Assembly: GCA_050175015.1 (NCBI GenBank) | Contig: JBFXJJ010000001.1 | Coordinates: 192,001 to 256,000, forward strand | Source: Alphaproteobacteria bacterium | GTDB taxonomy: Bacteria; Pseudomonadota; Alphaproteobacteria; JBFXJJ01 | Reading direction: 5' to 3' | Length of the DNA: 64,000 nucleotides | Part shown: one piece after another, positions 62,715 to 64,000 of the stretch | Layout of the letters: each line of letters begins with the position of its first letter | Position numbering within the stretch: the first letter of the stretch is position 1 | The notes under the pieces: model-generated | The model's input: the letters and a program-made list of their open reading frames with translations, nothing else | Database searches by the model: none | Told to the model about the DNA's origin: nothing | Made by a program: the position numbers and the translations under genes

Positions 62715-63287
62715 CTAGCGGCTTTGATTTTGCATTGCTTGATTTAAAGCCGCGCTTTTGCTTTCGGCTGCCAAGCTTTGTTTTTTCATATCAATAATAT
62801 TTGACGCAAGGCTGCGAAATTCAGGATCTCCAACATAGCCTGCAATTTGACCGGTTCCCATTAAGGTTGCACGGTATCCTTTTCTTTCATCAGGATTAAG
62901 CTCTCTGTAAATAGTGCCTTCATAAGCATGGGAAAAACCATAAATTTTACGCATATCCTCGACATCTTCTTTTGTAAGTCTGTCGTTGGGATAATCTTTG
63001 GCTTCAGGTGCTTTTAAATTTTCAAACTCTTTTTCGTGCTTTGCAAAAAATGCAATACGATCAAAAACCTTACCTGCATTTAAATAACTTAGATTGGGAA
63101 AACTTTTTTCAGCAAGAGTAACAAACGCAGTTCTAACCGTATCTTCAGAATTTTTAACTTCACTGGGATTAGCTGCTTTTTGAGTCAAATTAGAATGATT
63201 TTCTAATGCTGCGGCTAAATTTTTCTGCAGTTTTTTTTCATAAAAATGGTCTTTAATCGATTGAATAAAATCCTTTTTTTCTTGCAT
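62715..63287 (-). CDS. Hypothetical soluble protein
   Basis: 190-aa ORF with AGGA RBS and no recognised motif; C-terminus AALNQAMQNQSR. Confidence 0.7.
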   Translation of the reverse strand: MQEKKDFIQSIKDHFYEKKLQKNLAAALENHSNLTQKAANPSEVKNSEDTVRTAFVTLAEKSFPNLSYLNAGKVFDRIAFFAKHEKEFENLKAPEAKDYPNDRLTKEDVEDMRKIYGFSHAYEGTIYRELNPDERKGYRATLMGTGQIAGYVGDPEFRSLASNIIDMKKQSLAAESKSAALNQAMQNQSR

Positions 63288-63342
63288 TTGCTTTGTCCTA
63301 ATTGTTTAAAGAGGTGTAATTATAATACAATTTTTCAAAAAT

Positions 63343-64000
63343 TTAAACAGAATAATCGTCTTCTATGATTTGAGCCTCAAAGTCTCTGGACGTTCTTTCT
63401 TCATTTTCACTGGCAATTTTTTCATAAATATCACGGCTGTTGAACATTGCCTTAGCAATTCTACGGCAGAGTTTAAAAATTTGGCTGAAATTTTCAATCA
63501 TCTCCATTTCTCTAGTATAAGTTTGAAGGCGATTGGGTTCAGATGCTACTAGCCTTAAAGCTTGATGGCGAGATACTCTTAAAGTAAGCCGGCTCATTCC
63601 TTTTTTCATTTCATAGACTTCTTTGGCAACGCTCATATTGCGGTCTCTGACTGCGAGAATGATTTTTTCGAGTGCAATCATAATTTGTTGCTGATATTTC
63701 TCTAACATCTCTCTAGTTTCTCGGCTTACGACAACTTTCTCAGCAATGCGCCTTTTTCCTATAGTAACCAGACCTGTTTCGATAAGATCTCCCATATTTT
63801 CAAAGTGATTGGTGATTTGGATAAGTTCCATAATTTCATCAGTTTGATATTCATCATAATCAGACTTTTTAACGAGCTTGCTTAAAAAATCGATAATAAA
63901 GCCGTGGCGCATATCAACACGTTCGTCCATTTTTACAATCGAATCCAATTCATCTTTGTTGCCTGAAATAACAGATTTCATAATTTTATCATACATTTCT
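63343..64000 (-). CDS. PhoU-domain C-terminus, probably of a Na+/Pi cotransporter (5' end outside window)
   Basis: MDERVD and HFENMGDLIE helical PhoU-like repeats; frame runs to the window edge. Confidence 0.75.
   Translation of the reverse strand, partial: EMYDKIMKSVISGNKDELDSIVKMDERVDMRHGFIIDFLSKLVKKSDYDEYQTDEIMELIQITNHFENMGDLIETGLVTIGKRRIAEKVVVSRETREMLEKYQQQIMIALEKIILAVRDRNMSVAKEVYEMKKGMSRLTLRVSRHQALRLVASEPNRLQTYTREMEMIENFSQIFKLCRRIAKAMFNSRDIYEKIASENEERTSRDFEAQIIEDDYSV

Overview
Low-GC alphaproteobacterial chromosome (Rhodospirillales-like gene order), spanning the probable replication origin. The order is dnaQ-coaE-aroE-maf <- oriC -> rho-mnmE-mnmG-rsmG-parA-parB, with three perfect parS palindromes. 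Most genes are housekeeping: hslVU, secB, leuS, holA, ftsK, trpS, murJ, an HPrK/RapZ/PTS cluster and ahcY. I saw no rRNA, tRNA, CRISPR array, transposase or prophage gene. Unusual observations: (1) a tandem pair of diverged GshB-like ATP-grasp proteins, one with altered substrate residues and one apparently inactive; (2) ParB with a ~275-aa acidic tail; (3) an orphan MalQ and an unrelated hypothetical protein that share a similar Arg-terminated C-terminal motif, a possible secretion signal; (4) a family of modular palindromic repeats at 8 intergenic loci, plus a 166-bp structured direct repeat flanking yggS; (5) a lipoprotein pseudo-protease; (6) two paralogous secreted HExxH proteins; (7) a MerR/AKR/flavodoxin islet with a 19-bp-spacer promoter. 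Product calls come from motif recognition by eye; no searches were run. Some starts were moved from the ORF track to better-supported codons.
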